This document shows, one piece after another, positions 21,669 through 31,214 of a stretch of DNA of 64,000 nucleotides. Origin of the DNA: Myxococcales bacterium (lineage in GTDB: Bacteria; Desulfobacterota; Binatia; HRBIN30); assembly GCA_037445065.1 (NCBI GenBank), contig JBBILD010000011.1, positions 64,001 to 128,000 on the forward strand, read 5' to 3'. The stretch's first letter is position 1. Every line of letters begins with the position of its first letter. Position numbers and translations under genes: made by a program. The notes beneath the pieces are model-generated. The model saw nothing but the letters and a program-made list of their open reading frames with translations, was not told the DNA's origin and made no database searches.

Positions 21669-21761
21669 ACGGTTATGGCTACGAGCAGCAACGCGCGCCT
21701 GTCAACGACTTTCTACCCGCGTTCGGTGGCCCTTACCGCGGCTTCAGGAGTCGTTCGTTCC

Positions 21762-22259
21762 TCACTGTGTTTCGCCTTTCTTCTCCCCTTCGGGCTCCTT
21801 CTTGGGCGCCGTGGGGGGAACGGGTGGCTCCTTCGGATCAACAAAAATGGTGATTTCATCGCGACCCCATCGGCCATCAACATCATCGATGCGGCAAGAG
21901 ACTTTGTACTCACCTGGGCGCTTGAAGACGTGTACAGGCTCGCGTTCTTTCGAGGTGGTAGCGTCGCCGAAGTCCCAGTGAAACCGGGGCTTCTTGAGTT
22001 CCTCGCCCTCCAAGTCGAGCGTGAACTTCACCTTGAGCGGGGCTTCTCCCATGTCGGGTTCTGCCTCGACCCAAAAGAGGATTTTGTTGAGTAGCTCCAG
22101 GTCCGCCTCGCTGATCGTCGGCAGAGGAGAGGGGGACTGCTTCGGGGTCTGCTCCACCGGGGGGGCAGGGGTAGGTTGGGCAGCCTTCCCTGCCACCCCG
22201 AGCCCACACACCATGCATCCGAACAGCCATCCGGCACTGAGTTTTGTCCGCCAGCGCAT
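21762..22259 (-). CDS. Exported PKD-domain protein
   Basis: Signal-like N-terminus; GEAPLKVKF...WDFGDATTS..REPVHVF..PGEYKV. ATG at 22259 with a GGAGG RBS. Confidence 0.85.
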   Translation of the reverse strand: MRWRTKLSAGWLFGCMVCGLGVAGKAAQPTPAPPVEQTPKQSPSPLPTISEADLELLNKILFWVEAEPDMGEAPLKVKFTLDLEGEELKKPRFHWDFGDATTSKEREPVHVFKRPGEYKVSCRIDDVDGRWGRDEITIFVDPKEPPVPPTAPKKEPEGEKKGETQ

Positions 22260-22365
22260 CCGCCTTTGACCTCCACAGTTTTGCGCGCGGCCTTTATCGG
22301 AAGGGCGTTGCTGGTACAAGGTACCGCCGCAGCGGGTACACGCCGATCGGGGAGTCTTCGCGCGC

Positions 22366-23397
22366 TCAGTGCTGCTGGCGAACCCGTTCTCCCGGTTTGT
22401 TCTTTGTGGGTGTTTCGTCCAGAAGGGCCAAGAGGCGCCGCGCTGCCTCGGTGGGAGTGAGGCGGTGGTCTCCGATGGCTGCCTCCAGTTCCGTGAGTAC
22501 TCGCTTCACATCGCTGCGCGCAAGAAAATGCGCCACCACGCCATCTTCGACGAGGTCCCAGAACCATTTGCGCCATTGCGCTTCGCGCTTGCGGCGTAGC
22601 TCGCTCGCCTGCGCCAAGGTGTCGTGGTGGCGGCAAATGATCTCCCACACCGTGTCCATGCCTTTGCCGGTGAAGCCGCTGACCGTAATCACCGGCGGCT
22701 CCCAGACCGAGGAACTATGGCGAAAGAGGCGCAGTGCACTGCGGTACTCGGCCGCCGCGCGCTCCGCCGCCTGTACGTTCTCTCCGTCCGCTTTGTTGAT
22801 GGCCAAGGCGTCCACCAACTCCAGAATTCCTTTTTTAATGCCCTGCAGTTCGTCGCCAGCACCAGCGAGCATCAGGACCAGAAAAAAGTCCACCATGGAC
22901 GCAACCGTGAACTCCGATTGCCCCACCCCCACGGTCTCGACCAGCACCACGTCGTAACCGGCAGCCTCGCACACTAGGATGGCCTCGCGGGTGCGCCGCG
23001 CGACGCCACCGAGTGAGCCCCCGGACGGACTGGGCCGTATGAAGGCCTGTGGTGCCACAGACAGCCGAGCCATTCGCGTCTTGTCGCCCAGGATGCTGCC
23101 GCCAGAGATTGCGCTCGACGGGTCCACCGCCAGCACAGCCACTTGCTTCCCTTGCGTGATCAAGTAGAGGCCGAAGGCTTCGATAAACGTGCTTTTGCCC
23201 ACGCCCGGGACCCCGCTGATCCCGATGCGGAAGGACTTGCCCGTAAACGGCAACAGCAGCTCGAGCAGTCGCTGCGCCTGCTCCTGATGGTCGGCACGCG
23301 TGCTTTCCACCAGGGTAATCGCTTTCGCGAGCGCTCGCCGATCTCCACTGCGAACGCCTTCAGCAAGCGCTTCGACGGTGGAGATGGTACGGCTCAC
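22366..23397 (-). CDS. meaB: Methylmalonyl-CoA mutase-associated GTPase MeaB
   Basis: [44 protein letters not shown]; overlaps the mutase stop. Confidence 0.96.
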   Translation of the reverse strand: MSRTISTVEALAEGVRSGDRRALAKAITLVESTRADHQEQAQRLLELLLPFTGKSFRIGISGVPGVGKSTFIEAFGLYLITQGKQVAVLAVDPSSAISGGSILGDKTRMARLSVAPQAFIRPSPSGGSLGGVARRTREAILVCEAAGYDVVLVETVGVGQSEFTVASMVDFFLVLMLAGAGDELQGIKKGILELVDALAINKADGENVQAAERAAAEYRSALRLFRHSSSVWEPPVITVSGFTGKGMDTVWEIICRHHDTLAQASELRRKREAQWRKWFWDLVEDGVVAHFLARSDVKRVLTELEAAIGDHRLTPTEAARRLLALLDETPTKNKPGERVRQQH

Positions 23398-25565
23398 GCG
23401 TGGGCAACCTTGGATGTGGGTTCTGTTGCTTGGCGCACCAGTTCGAGCACCTGGCGCGCCGCCTTAGGGATCGGGGTGCCTGGTCCGAAAATCGCCTTGA
23501 CACCGGCTTGGCGCAAAAAGGCGTAGTCCCGCGAGGGAATGATGCCACCGACGGTCACGATGATGTCGGAAGCGCCGAGCCGCTCGAGTTCCCGAATCAA
23601 CTGTGGCACCAGCGTCTTATGGCCGCCCGATTGGGTCGAGATCCCCACCACATGAACGTCGTTTTCCACCGCTTGGCGGGCCACTTCTTCTGGGGTTTGG
23701 AAGAGGGTACCGATGTCCACGTCGAAGCCCAAGTCCGCGAACGCAGTGGCAATCACCTTGGCCCCGCGATCGTGACCGTCTTGCCCCACCTTGGCGACCA
23801 GAATGCGCGGCCGCCGGCCGTGCTCGTCGGCAAACCGCCGCACCTCTTCGCGCAGTGCTTCCCACTCCGGGTCCTGCCCGTATTCGCGCGCGTAAATGCC
23901 GGATACGGAGCGGATTTCCGGCTGGTATCGGCCCCACACCTTCTCGAGAGCAGCCGAAATCTCTCCCACCGTGGCACGAGCACGGGCCGCCTCGATGGCC
24001 AGGGCGAGCAGGTTCCCCTCGCCGCTTTCCGCGCAACGAGTGAGCGCAGCCAGCGCTGCCTCTACTTTGGCGCTGTCGCGCTTCGCGCGGATCTCTTTGA
24101 GGCGGGCAATCTGCTTCTCCCGCACGGCGGTGTTGTCAATCTCGCGAATGTCAATTTCCGGTTCTTCCGGAAGCCGGTACTTGTTGACTCCGACGATGAT
24201 GTCCTCGCCGCGGTCAATGCGCGCCTGGCGGCGTGCGGCAGTTTCTTCGATGCGCAGCTTGGGCAGCCCCGCTTCGATTGCCTTCACCATGCCACCCATG
24301 GCTTCCACTTCCTCGATGATGTTCATCGCCTTGCGGGCCAAGGCGTGGGTGAGGGATTCCATGAAGTACGACCCGCCCCACGGGTCAATGACTTTGGGGA
24401 TCCCCGTTTCGAGCTGGAGGATGAGCTGGGTGTTGCGAGCGATGCGGGCCGCGGTATCGCTCGGCAGGGCGATCGCCTCGTCGTACGAGTTCGTGTGTAA
24501 GCTTTGCGTGCCTCCGAACACGGCCGCCATCGCCTCGATGGTGGTACGTACGATGTTATTGAACGGGTCCTGCTCCGTGAGGCTTGCCCCGGAAGTTTGG
24601 CAGTGAGTCCGCAACATGAGAGAGGTGCGCTTCTTCGGTCGGAAGTGACGCTTCATCAGGGTCGCCCACAGCAAGCGTGCGGCACGCAGCTTGGCCACCT
24701 CCATGTAGAAGTTCATGCCGATTGCGAAGAAAAACGACAGACGCCCGGCGAACTCGTCAATGTCCAACCCCTTGGACAGTGCCGCGCGCACGTACTCCAG
24801 CCCGTCGGCCAGGGTGAATCCCAACTCGAGGTCGCACGTGGCTCCGGCTTCCTGCATGTGGTAGCCGGAAATCGAGATCGAGTTGAACTTGGGCATTTCC
24901 TTGGCGGTGAACTCGATGATGTCTGCCACGATGCGCATCGAGGGCCCTGGCGGGTAGATGTACGTGTTGCGCACCATGAATTCCTTGAGAATGTCGTTTT
25001 GGATGGTGCCGGTCAGTTTCGAGCGGTGTACGCCTTGCTCTTCTCCGGCCACGATGAAGCTTGCCAGAACGGGCAGCACCGCACCGTTCATGGTCATGGA
25101 CACGGACATCCGGTCCAGCGGCACTCCGTCGAACAAGATCTTCATGTCCTCCACCGAGTCGATCGCGACCCCAGCTTTGCCGACGTCACCGACAACGCGG
25201 GGGTGATCGCTGTCATATCCGCGGTGGGTGGCCAAGTCGAAGGCCACCGAAAGCCCCATTTGCCCTTGCGCGAGGCAGGCGCGGTAGAACGCGTTCGACT
25301 CCTCGGCCGTGGAAAAGCCAGCGTACTGGCGGATGGTCCAAGGCTTCTCCGCGTACATGGTTGCGCGCGGGCCCCGGATGAAGGGGAAGTCGCCCGGGAT
25401 GGTGTCGAGAAAATCGAGCCCTTCTACGTCCGCCCGAGTGTACAGTGGCTTTACGTCAATCCCTTCGGGTGTATGCCAAACGAGTTCTTGCGGGTCGCGG
25501 CCCTTGCGCTCTTCGCGCGCAAGCTCCGCCCATCGCTCGAGATTCGCTTTGTCTTGTGCCGCCAT
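23394..25565 (-). CDS. scpA: B12-dependent methylmalonyl-CoA mutase (catalytic plus B12-binding domain)
   Basis: [47 protein letters not shown]. Confidence 0.96.
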   Translation of the reverse strand: MAAQDKANLERWAELAREERKGRDPQELVWHTPEGIDVKPLYTRADVEGLDFLDTIPGDFPFIRGPRATMYAEKPWTIRQYAGFSTAEESNAFYRACLAQGQMGLSVAFDLATHRGYDSDHPRVVGDVGKAGVAIDSVEDMKILFDGVPLDRMSVSMTMNGAVLPVLASFIVAGEEQGVHRSKLTGTIQNDILKEFMVRNTYIYPPGPSMRIVADIIEFTAKEMPKFNSISISGYHMQEAGATCDLELGFTLADGLEYVRAALSKGLDIDEFAGRLSFFFAIGMNFYMEVAKLRAARLLWATLMKRHFRPKKRTSLMLRTHCQTSGASLTEQDPFNNIVRTTIEAMAAVFGGTQSLHTNSYDEAIALPSDTAARIARNTQLILQLETGIPKVIDPWGGSYFMESLTHALARKAMNIIEEVEAMGGMVKAIEAGLPKLRIEETAARRQARIDRGEDIIVGVNKYRLPEEPEIDIREIDNTAVREKQIARLKEIRAKRDSAKVEAALAALTRCAESGEGNLLALAIEAARARATVGEISAALEKVWGRYQPEIRSVSGIYAREYGQDPEWEALREEVRRFADEHGRRPRILVAKVGQDGHDRGAKVIATAFADLGFDVDIGTLFQTPEEVARQAVENDVHVVGISTQSGGHKTLVPQLIRELERLGASDIIVTVGGIIPSRDYAFLRQAGVKAIFGPGTPIPKAARQVLELVRQATEPTSKVAHA

Positions 25566-25693
25566 CGGTTTCTCCTCGTCCTGCCCGGCTGCGGAGGGCA
25601 AGAGGGCAGAGTGGTATCTAGGCCGAGGCTTCTAGCAATCAGCGGGAAGCGAGCAAACACGCCCGCCCTCCCAACCGCTGCACGGAAGCGGGG

Positions 25694-25939
25694 TCAAGCC
25701 TTGCGTTCGAGCACTTCTCGCTCGCCGTAGAGCTTGCGTACCCGGATCGTACTTGGCGGCGCCACCGCCAAGCACAGTTCGCAAAGTGTGCACTCGTCCA
25801 GATTTTTCTCCACGATTTCGAGCCGCTCCTGGGCTCCGAGGGCGAAGATATTGACCGGGCACACTTCCACTAATTTCCGCGCCAGTTCCGGGTTCCCGGC
25901 CACCTCGGGAGCGACTTCGACGTCAATGAATAGTGCCAT
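25694..25939 (-). CDS. Small ferredoxin-like protein (one 4Fe-4S site)
   Basis: VCPVNIF and CTLCELC give only four Cys; AGGAGAGG RBS. Confidence 0.8.
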   Translation of the reverse strand: MALFIDVEVAPEVAGNPELARKLVEVCPVNIFALGAQERLEIVEKNLDECTLCELCLAVAPPSTIRVRKLYGEREVLERKA

Positions 25940-25967
25940 GGAGTGTCCTCTCCTGCAGGAGTTGCCG

Positions 25968-26867
25968 TCACATCCCGAGCCGCTGTTTCACGAGTGCGGG
26001 GATGTCCTCGATGCGCTCGGCAATGGAAATGCCTGCTGCCTGCATGCGCGCGATCTTTTCTGCCGTGGTGTCTGCCTTCCCCTCGACGATCGTGCCGGCA
26101 TGACCGAAACGCATCCCGGGCATCTCGTCCATAAAACGGCCCGCCATGAAGGCCACGATCGGCAAGCGGCTCTTCTTCTCCACGACGTATTGGGCCAGCT
26201 CGGCCTCCATTCGTCCTCCCGGCTCGCAGTAAATCACGATGGCGCGAGTTTCCGGGTCCGCCTCAAATAGGGGCATCAAGTCGGCATACGTGGAACCGAT
26301 GATTGCGTCCCCCCCGATCGAGACCGCAGTGGACTGCCCCAGGCCTGCCGCGCTCAGGGTATTGCACATTTCTGTCGTCATACCGCCCGAGCGCGACATC
26401 ACTCCCACGAAGCCCTTCTTGAAGGCCTTACGCGCATCCTCCGCTCGCCCGCCGAGACCTCCCATTTTCGCTTCGTCCGGAGAAAGAATTCCCAAACAGT
26501 TTGGCCCGATGATTCGCGCCCCGCGCTGGCGCGCCAGCTCCACCATTTGCGCTACCTCGTAGCGGGGGATCCGCTCGGTCACGATGACGATAAGCTTGAT
26601 GCCGGCGTCCAGCGCTTCGAACACCGCGTCGCGCGTGAAGGCTGGCGGCACCGCCACCACCGTGCCATCTACCCGCGTGCGTGAAGTGACCTGCCGGACC
26701 GTATCGTACACGGGAACCCCGTACACTTCGCGTCCCCCTCGCCCTGGGGTGACCCCGCCCACGATCTTCGAACCGTAATCGAGACACTCCCGGGTCATGT
26801 TTACCGCTTCGCGACCCGTGATGCCTTGAATAATGAACGTCGTGTCTTTGGTGATCAGGATGGACAT
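25968..26867 (-). CDS. Succinyl-CoA-synthetase alpha-like subunit (SucD-like)
   Basis: IQGITGRE, GGVTPG, IIGPNCLG, SRSGGMT, IGGD, phospho-His motif RFGHAGTI; ATG at 26867. Confidence 0.88.
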   Translation of the reverse strand: MSILITKDTTFIIQGITGREAVNMTRECLDYGSKIVGGVTPGRGGREVYGVPVYDTVRQVTSRTRVDGTVVAVPPAFTRDAVFEALDAGIKLIVIVTERIPRYEVAQMVELARQRGARIIGPNCLGILSPDEAKMGGLGGRAEDARKAFKKGFVGVMSRSGGMTTEMCNTLSAAGLGQSTAVSIGGDAIIGSTYADLMPLFEADPETRAIVIYCEPGGRMEAELAQYVVEKKSRLPIVAFMAGRFMDEMPGMRFGHAGTIVEGKADTTAEKIARMQAAGISIAERIEDIPALVKQRLGM

Positions 26868-26869
26868 CG

Positions 26870-28078
26870 TCAGCCCTCGCGCATTTTTGCGACGGCGCGG
26901 CCTGCAGCCTCGTACATCGAGACCGTGCGGTCGCAGTACTCCACTCCGTAGTCCCGCAAGATCTTGAATCCTTCGTTCTCCCAAGATCCGGGAATGCGGA
27001 AAATCGCGATCTTGTCCGCGGGCCGGAAACCCGACTCAATCACGCCTTTGATCACGCCGCGGGCCACGAGGTCTACCCGCGTGTTGGAGACCACGTTCAT
27101 CATCACCGCGATTTTCTTGACCCCGGGCTTCGACAAGATCAGCTTGGTCAGAGCACAGGTCTTGGCCACACTGGGATTGCCGCCGATCTCGCAGTAATTG
27201 GCGGGCCGCCCGCCGTGCTTGCGAATCGCGTCGAACAGGGTCAGCGACCCTCCGCCGGCGCCAATAATGAGGCCGAGGTCCCCGTCGAACTCTACCACGT
27301 TCCCTGCCACCCCGCGCGGGTCGGACGCGTCAATTTGCGCTCCTCGGACTTCGAACTCGGTCGGCGGGCGCGCTTGGCGCTTCTCCTCGGGAGAAATCCC
27401 GAGTTCTTCCAGTAAGGCACGTTGCGACTCCTTGGCGTCGTCCTCGAGGTCCACGTGCCCGTCGAGGCAAACGAAACGCCCATCTTCGAGTCGCGCCAGA
27501 GGGTTGATCTCGGCCAGGGTGAGGTGGTGCGCTTGGAAGCAACGCGCCAACTGTGCCGCGATGTGAGTGAGCCGCACTAGGTGCGTACCGCGAATCCCCA
27601 AGGAGGCAATCAGCTCCTTTGCCATGTAGTCCGAAAACGGTTGGATGGTCGAGAAGTGGCGCTTGGCGATATGCTCCGGGTGCTTTTCAGCGACTTCTTC
27701 CACGTCAATGCCACCCATGTCGCTGAACACCATGACCGGGAGCCGAGCAAAGCCATCCCAAGTCACTCCCAGGTAGTACTCCTGGGCGACCGGTGCGCGG
27801 CCTTCGACGAGTACACCCCGCGGGGTGTGGCCCTTGATCACGAGGCGCAAGATTTTCCCCGCCGCGTGCGCTGCCTCGCTGGGCGTTTCGGCGAACAAGA
27901 CGCCACCCGCTTTCATCCGGCCCCCGGTCAGCACTTGTGCCTTCAGCACCACCGGGCCGCCGATCTCCTCCGCAATTGCGGCGGCTGCTTCGGGTGACTC
28001 CGCTACCCGAGAGCCGGTCGGTAACGGGATGCCATACTTACCGAATAGCTTTTTCGCCTCGAACTCGTAGAAACGCAT
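26870..28078 (-). CDS. Succinyl-CoA-synthetase beta-like ATP-grasp subunit (SucC-like, divergent)
   Basis: MRFYEFEAKKLF, VLKAQVLTGGRMKAGGV, GGIDVEEVA, LAEINPL; atypical GAGGGSL and ANYCEIGGNP. Confidence 0.85.
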   Translation of the reverse strand: MRFYEFEAKKLFGKYGIPLPTGSRVAESPEAAAAIAEEIGGPVVLKAQVLTGGRMKAGGVLFAETPSEAAHAAGKILRLVIKGHTPRGVLVEGRAPVAQEYYLGVTWDGFARLPVMVFSDMGGIDVEEVAEKHPEHIAKRHFSTIQPFSDYMAKELIASLGIRGTHLVRLTHIAAQLARCFQAHHLTLAEINPLARLEDGRFVCLDGHVDLEDDAKESQRALLEELGISPEEKRQARPPTEFEVRGAQIDASDPRGVAGNVVEFDGDLGLIIGAGGGSLTLFDAIRKHGGRPANYCEIGGNPSVAKTCALTKLILSKPGVKKIAVMMNVVSNTRVDLVARGVIKGVIESGFRPADKIAIFRIPGSWENEGFKILRDYGVEYCDRTVSMYEAAGRAVAKMREG

Positions 28079-28245
28079 GCCCTCGCTCCTCGCCGTTGCG
28101 CCGGAAAGCGCCTCGCGCCTAGCCAACTCGCTCCTTTGCGTCAACGCGCGGGAGGCGGTGCCCGTCGCCCTCACTGGCTGGAGTCGTTTCCAGTGCGGTG
28201 GTAACTACGGGCGGAACCACGGTGAGCAACGGAAAGGACTGGACA

Positions 28246-29910
28246 ATGACTCGATCCCTCGAGCAGCCCTTCGAGCTGCAAGCGACACAGCAGATCATTG
28301 ACGCGAGCGCCGCGGTCGTGGATGCAGCTTTGGCCGCGGCACGCGAACGAACCGCGCGCGGTCAAGAGATCGACCGCGCGCAGCCTCACTGCGAGCGCCT
28401 TGCATACGCGGCAACCGAAGTGCGAGCCGCGCGGGATTTGCTGGCCTACGTTCAGCAAGCCGCCGCTGCCGGCGAACAGACGGCCATCCTCCAGGACATG
28501 GCCGCCCTGTTTGCTGCGGAAGTGGCGCAAAAGCTGGCGAGCCAGGTGGACGCTCATTGGCACGATTTTGGGGTGAGTAGCGAGCACTACCGCGCCACCT
28601 TGGAAGCGCCGGAAACCAAAGCGTTGTTGCGGGCTGCTCTCGAGGACGCACGTGTTTGTGCCATCGGCCGGCATGTCATTGCCACCCGTGGCGCCAATCA
28701 CTGCTGGCTGGACAGCGACCTCGCCGTGATGACCCGTGACTCGGTGCGGCAGTTTGCCGAAGCCGAGGTGCTTCCGATCGCAGAACGGATCCACCGCCAC
28801 GATGAGATCGTCCCCGACGACCTGATTCAAAAGATGGCTGAACTCGGCTTTTTCGGCATGTCGGTTCCCGAACAATACGGCGGAGGGGGCATGGGCAATC
28901 TGCCCATGATCCTGACCACCGAGGAACTCTCGCGCTGCTCCTTGGCTGCGGCAGGAAGTTTGATCACGCGACCAGAGATCCTCACCAAGGCGCTGCTCAA
29001 GGGTGGTACCGAGGAGCAGAAGAAGCGCTGGCTGCCGCCGATCGCGCGCGGCGAAATCATGGTGGCGATCTCTGTGACGGAGCCCGATACCGGTTCGGAC
29101 GTGGCCTCTATCAAGTGCCGCGCCGAAGAGGCCGAAGTGAATGGGCAGCGGGGATACGTGATCAATGGTGCGAAGGCCTGGTGTACGTTTGCCGGACGTG
29201 CCAATGTGCTCGCGCTGCTCGCCCGCACCGACCCCGATCCGCGAAAAGGGGCGCGCGGGCTGTCGCTGTTCATTGTTCCGAAAGATCCCTTTTACGGCCA
29301 CACGTTCGAAATGCGCCAGCCGTCGGGAGGGCTGTTGGTGGGTAAAGCGGATGCGACCCCGGGCTACCGCGGGATGCATTCTTTTACCTTGAGCTTCGAG
29401 AATTACTTCGTGCCAGCGGAAAACCTGGTGGGTGGCGAGGCCCAGAAGAACAAAGGCTTTTACTTGCAGATGGCCGGCTTTGCGGCGGGCCGGCTGCAAA
29501 CGGGTGGCCGCGCGACTGGTTTGGCGCAGGCTGCGCTGGAGCGCACCGCGGAGTACGCCAATGACCGCAAGCAGTTTGGCCGCCCGATCGGCGACTTTTT
29601 GCTCACCCAATACAAGCTCGGGCGCATGGCCACCCACATTATGGCGGCGCGCCAACTCACTTACGCAGCGGCGCGCAAGATGGACGAGGACGAATCTGCC
29701 GCCCTCGAGCCCGCCATGGCCAAGCTCCTCGCATCCGATGTGGCAGTGTGGGCCACGCAAGAAGGCCAGTTGCTACACGGTGGCTGGGGATACGCCGAAG
29801 AGTTTCCCATTTCGCGCTACGTGGTTGACGCGTTAGTGCTGCCGATTTTCGAGGGAGTCAAACCGATCCTGGAACTCAAGGTAATTGCCCGGCAGTTGCT
29901 TGCCGCCTAG
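28246..29910 (+). CDS. Acyl-CoA dehydrogenase with a long N-terminal extension (methylsuccinyl-CoA dehydrogenase Mcd-like)
   Basis: PEQYGGGG, TEELSR...GSLITRPEI, GGTEEQK..WLP, TEPDTGSD, GYRGM, IFEG; about 150-aa N-terminal extension as in Mcd. Confidence 0.8.
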   Translation: MTRSLEQPFELQATQQIIDASAAVVDAALAAARERTARGQEIDRAQPHCERLAYAATEVRAARDLLAYVQQAAAAGEQTAILQDMAALFAAEVAQKLASQVDAHWHDFGVSSEHYRATLEAPETKALLRAALEDARVCAIGRHVIATRGANHCWLDSDLAVMTRDSVRQFAEAEVLPIAERIHRHDEIVPDDLIQKMAELGFFGMSVPEQYGGGGMGNLPMILTTEELSRCSLAAAGSLITRPEILTKALLKGGTEEQKKRWLPPIARGEIMVAISVTEPDTGSDVASIKCRAEEAEVNGQRGYVINGAKAWCTFAGRANVLALLARTDPDPRKGARGLSLFIVPKDPFYGHTFEMRQPSGGLLVGKADATPGYRGMHSFTLSFENYFVPAENLVGGEAQKNKGFYLQMAGFAAGRLQTGGRATGLAQAALERTAEYANDRKQFGRPIGDFLLTQYKLGRMATHIMAARQLTYAAARKMDEDESAALEPAMAKLLASDVAVWATQEGQLLHGGWGYAEEFPISRYVVDALVLPIFEGVKPILELKVIARQLLAA

Positions 29911-29924
29911 GTGTGCGGCGGGGG

Positions 29925-31214
29925 TCACTCGATCCGGCTCACCCGGCCTCCATCATCGGCGACGAAGAGCACGGTGCGGTCAGGTGCGGCGGCACTGACC
30001 GCCACTCCGCCGCGGATCGCCGCGCCTACGGGGATCGTCTGCGTGCCGCCCACTTGTGGGCCTGCATCTTCGATGACGTACACGTTGCCGTCCATGCTTG
30101 CAGCCACGACCGAGCGGCCAGCGCTGTGCACGAGCACCCCCAGTGGCGCGTGGATCGCTCCCGGCAAGCTGTGACTCCAAACTACCGCACCGCTGCTGGT
30201 GTCAACCGAGTGCACCTCGCCCGTGGTGGTTGCGATGTAGAGCCGGTCTCCTGCCAACGCCGGCGCCGCGAGCACCTGGGGTTCTCCCCCGCCAGCTCCG
30301 ACGGGCAGAGCCACGTTGTAGCGGAGTTGGCCTGTGGCAGCGTCTACCTTGAACAGCCGCCCGTTGGTGTCGACCGCAAACACCGCTTCCCCGTCCGGTC
30401 CTCCCTCATCCGTTGCGATCACCGGCCCTCCGGCGACCGGGGCACTCGTGCTCACCGTCCACAGTAAGAATCCGTCGTTGCGGGTCATGCGCAAAGTGCG
30501 GTCCTCACCGGCCCACACCACGTTCCCACCCGCACTGACGGCAGGACTTGTCGTGAAGGGAGCGATGGCAGTGCCGAGGAAACGCAGGACGCCGTTGGGA
30601 CAAATCCCCACTTCGTTGCGCGCGAGCGTGCCGGCATAAATTGTTCCGTCGGTGGGGCTCAGAGACAGCGACCGCCCGACCGCGCCACCCACGTTGAAGG
30701 GAAAGAACCCGGGCTGCTTGGCCCCCGTTTGGTCGATGGCGAAGACGAAACCTGACTCCGAACCGAAAAACAGCGCTTCTTGCCCAGAACGAACACCAAC
30801 GAGAGCGGTGGTACGAACCGAGAGGGCGCCAGTGAAGTTGAAGCGGCTCGGGTCCAACCTGGCCAGCGTTCCAGTGTCCAGCGCGTAGAGCTGGCCGTCG
30901 GTGTTGCCAGCGTACAGCACGGCATCGAGCGGTTGGTCGCTTGGCTGCCCGTTGCCCAGTACGGGTTGTACGACAAACGGCGACGGCGGCGTCGTTTCAA
31001 ACTGGGCGACGATGGTCGCGTTCAAGCGAACCGGCGCGGCGGTGATGGCCCCTGTGTTCTGGCTGTCTCTTTGGTATTTGGGCCAGCTCGAGCGGGCCAG
31101 GGTTGCGGGGTTCTGAAAACTGCACCGCGTCCCCCCGCCGGAGTCGCAGCCGGTTAGGCAAATCACGACGGACAAGGTAGCGCTGGCGAGAGCACGGATG
31201 CTTGGTCGGTTCAT
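29925..31214 (-). CDS. PQQ-type beta-propeller lipoprotein
   Basis: Lipobox LTGC; WPKYQRDSQNTG; repeated DGxLYA/VD...G motifs. Confidence 0.82.
   Translation of the reverse strand: MNRPSIRALASATLSVVICLTGCDSGGGTRCSFQNPATLARSSWPKYQRDSQNTGAITAAPVRLNATIVAQFETTPPSPFVVQPVLGNGQPSDQPLDAVLYAGNTDGQLYALDTGTLARLDPSRFNFTGALSVRTTALVGVRSGQEALFFGSESGFVFAIDQTGAKQPGFFPFNVGGAVGRSLSLSPTDGTIYAGTLARNEVGICPNGVLRFLGTAIAPFTTSPAVSAGGNVVWAGEDRTLRMTRNDGFLLWTVSTSAPVAGGPVIATDEGGPDGEAVFAVDTNGRLFKVDAATGQLRYNVALPVGAGGGEPQVLAAPALAGDRLYIATTTGEVHSVDTSSGAVVWSHSLPGAIHAPLGVLVHSAGRSVVAASMDGNVYVIEDAGPQVGGTQTIPVGAAIRGGVAVSAAAPDRTVLFVADDGGRVSRIE

Noticed and set aside
25566..25693. Possible cobalamin riboswitch upstream of the mutase
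   Set aside because: The region is only about 130 bp and I see no B12-box consensus.
28171..29760. 529-aa minus-strand ORF
   Set aside because: Antisense shadow of the Mcd-like acyl-CoA dehydrogenase.
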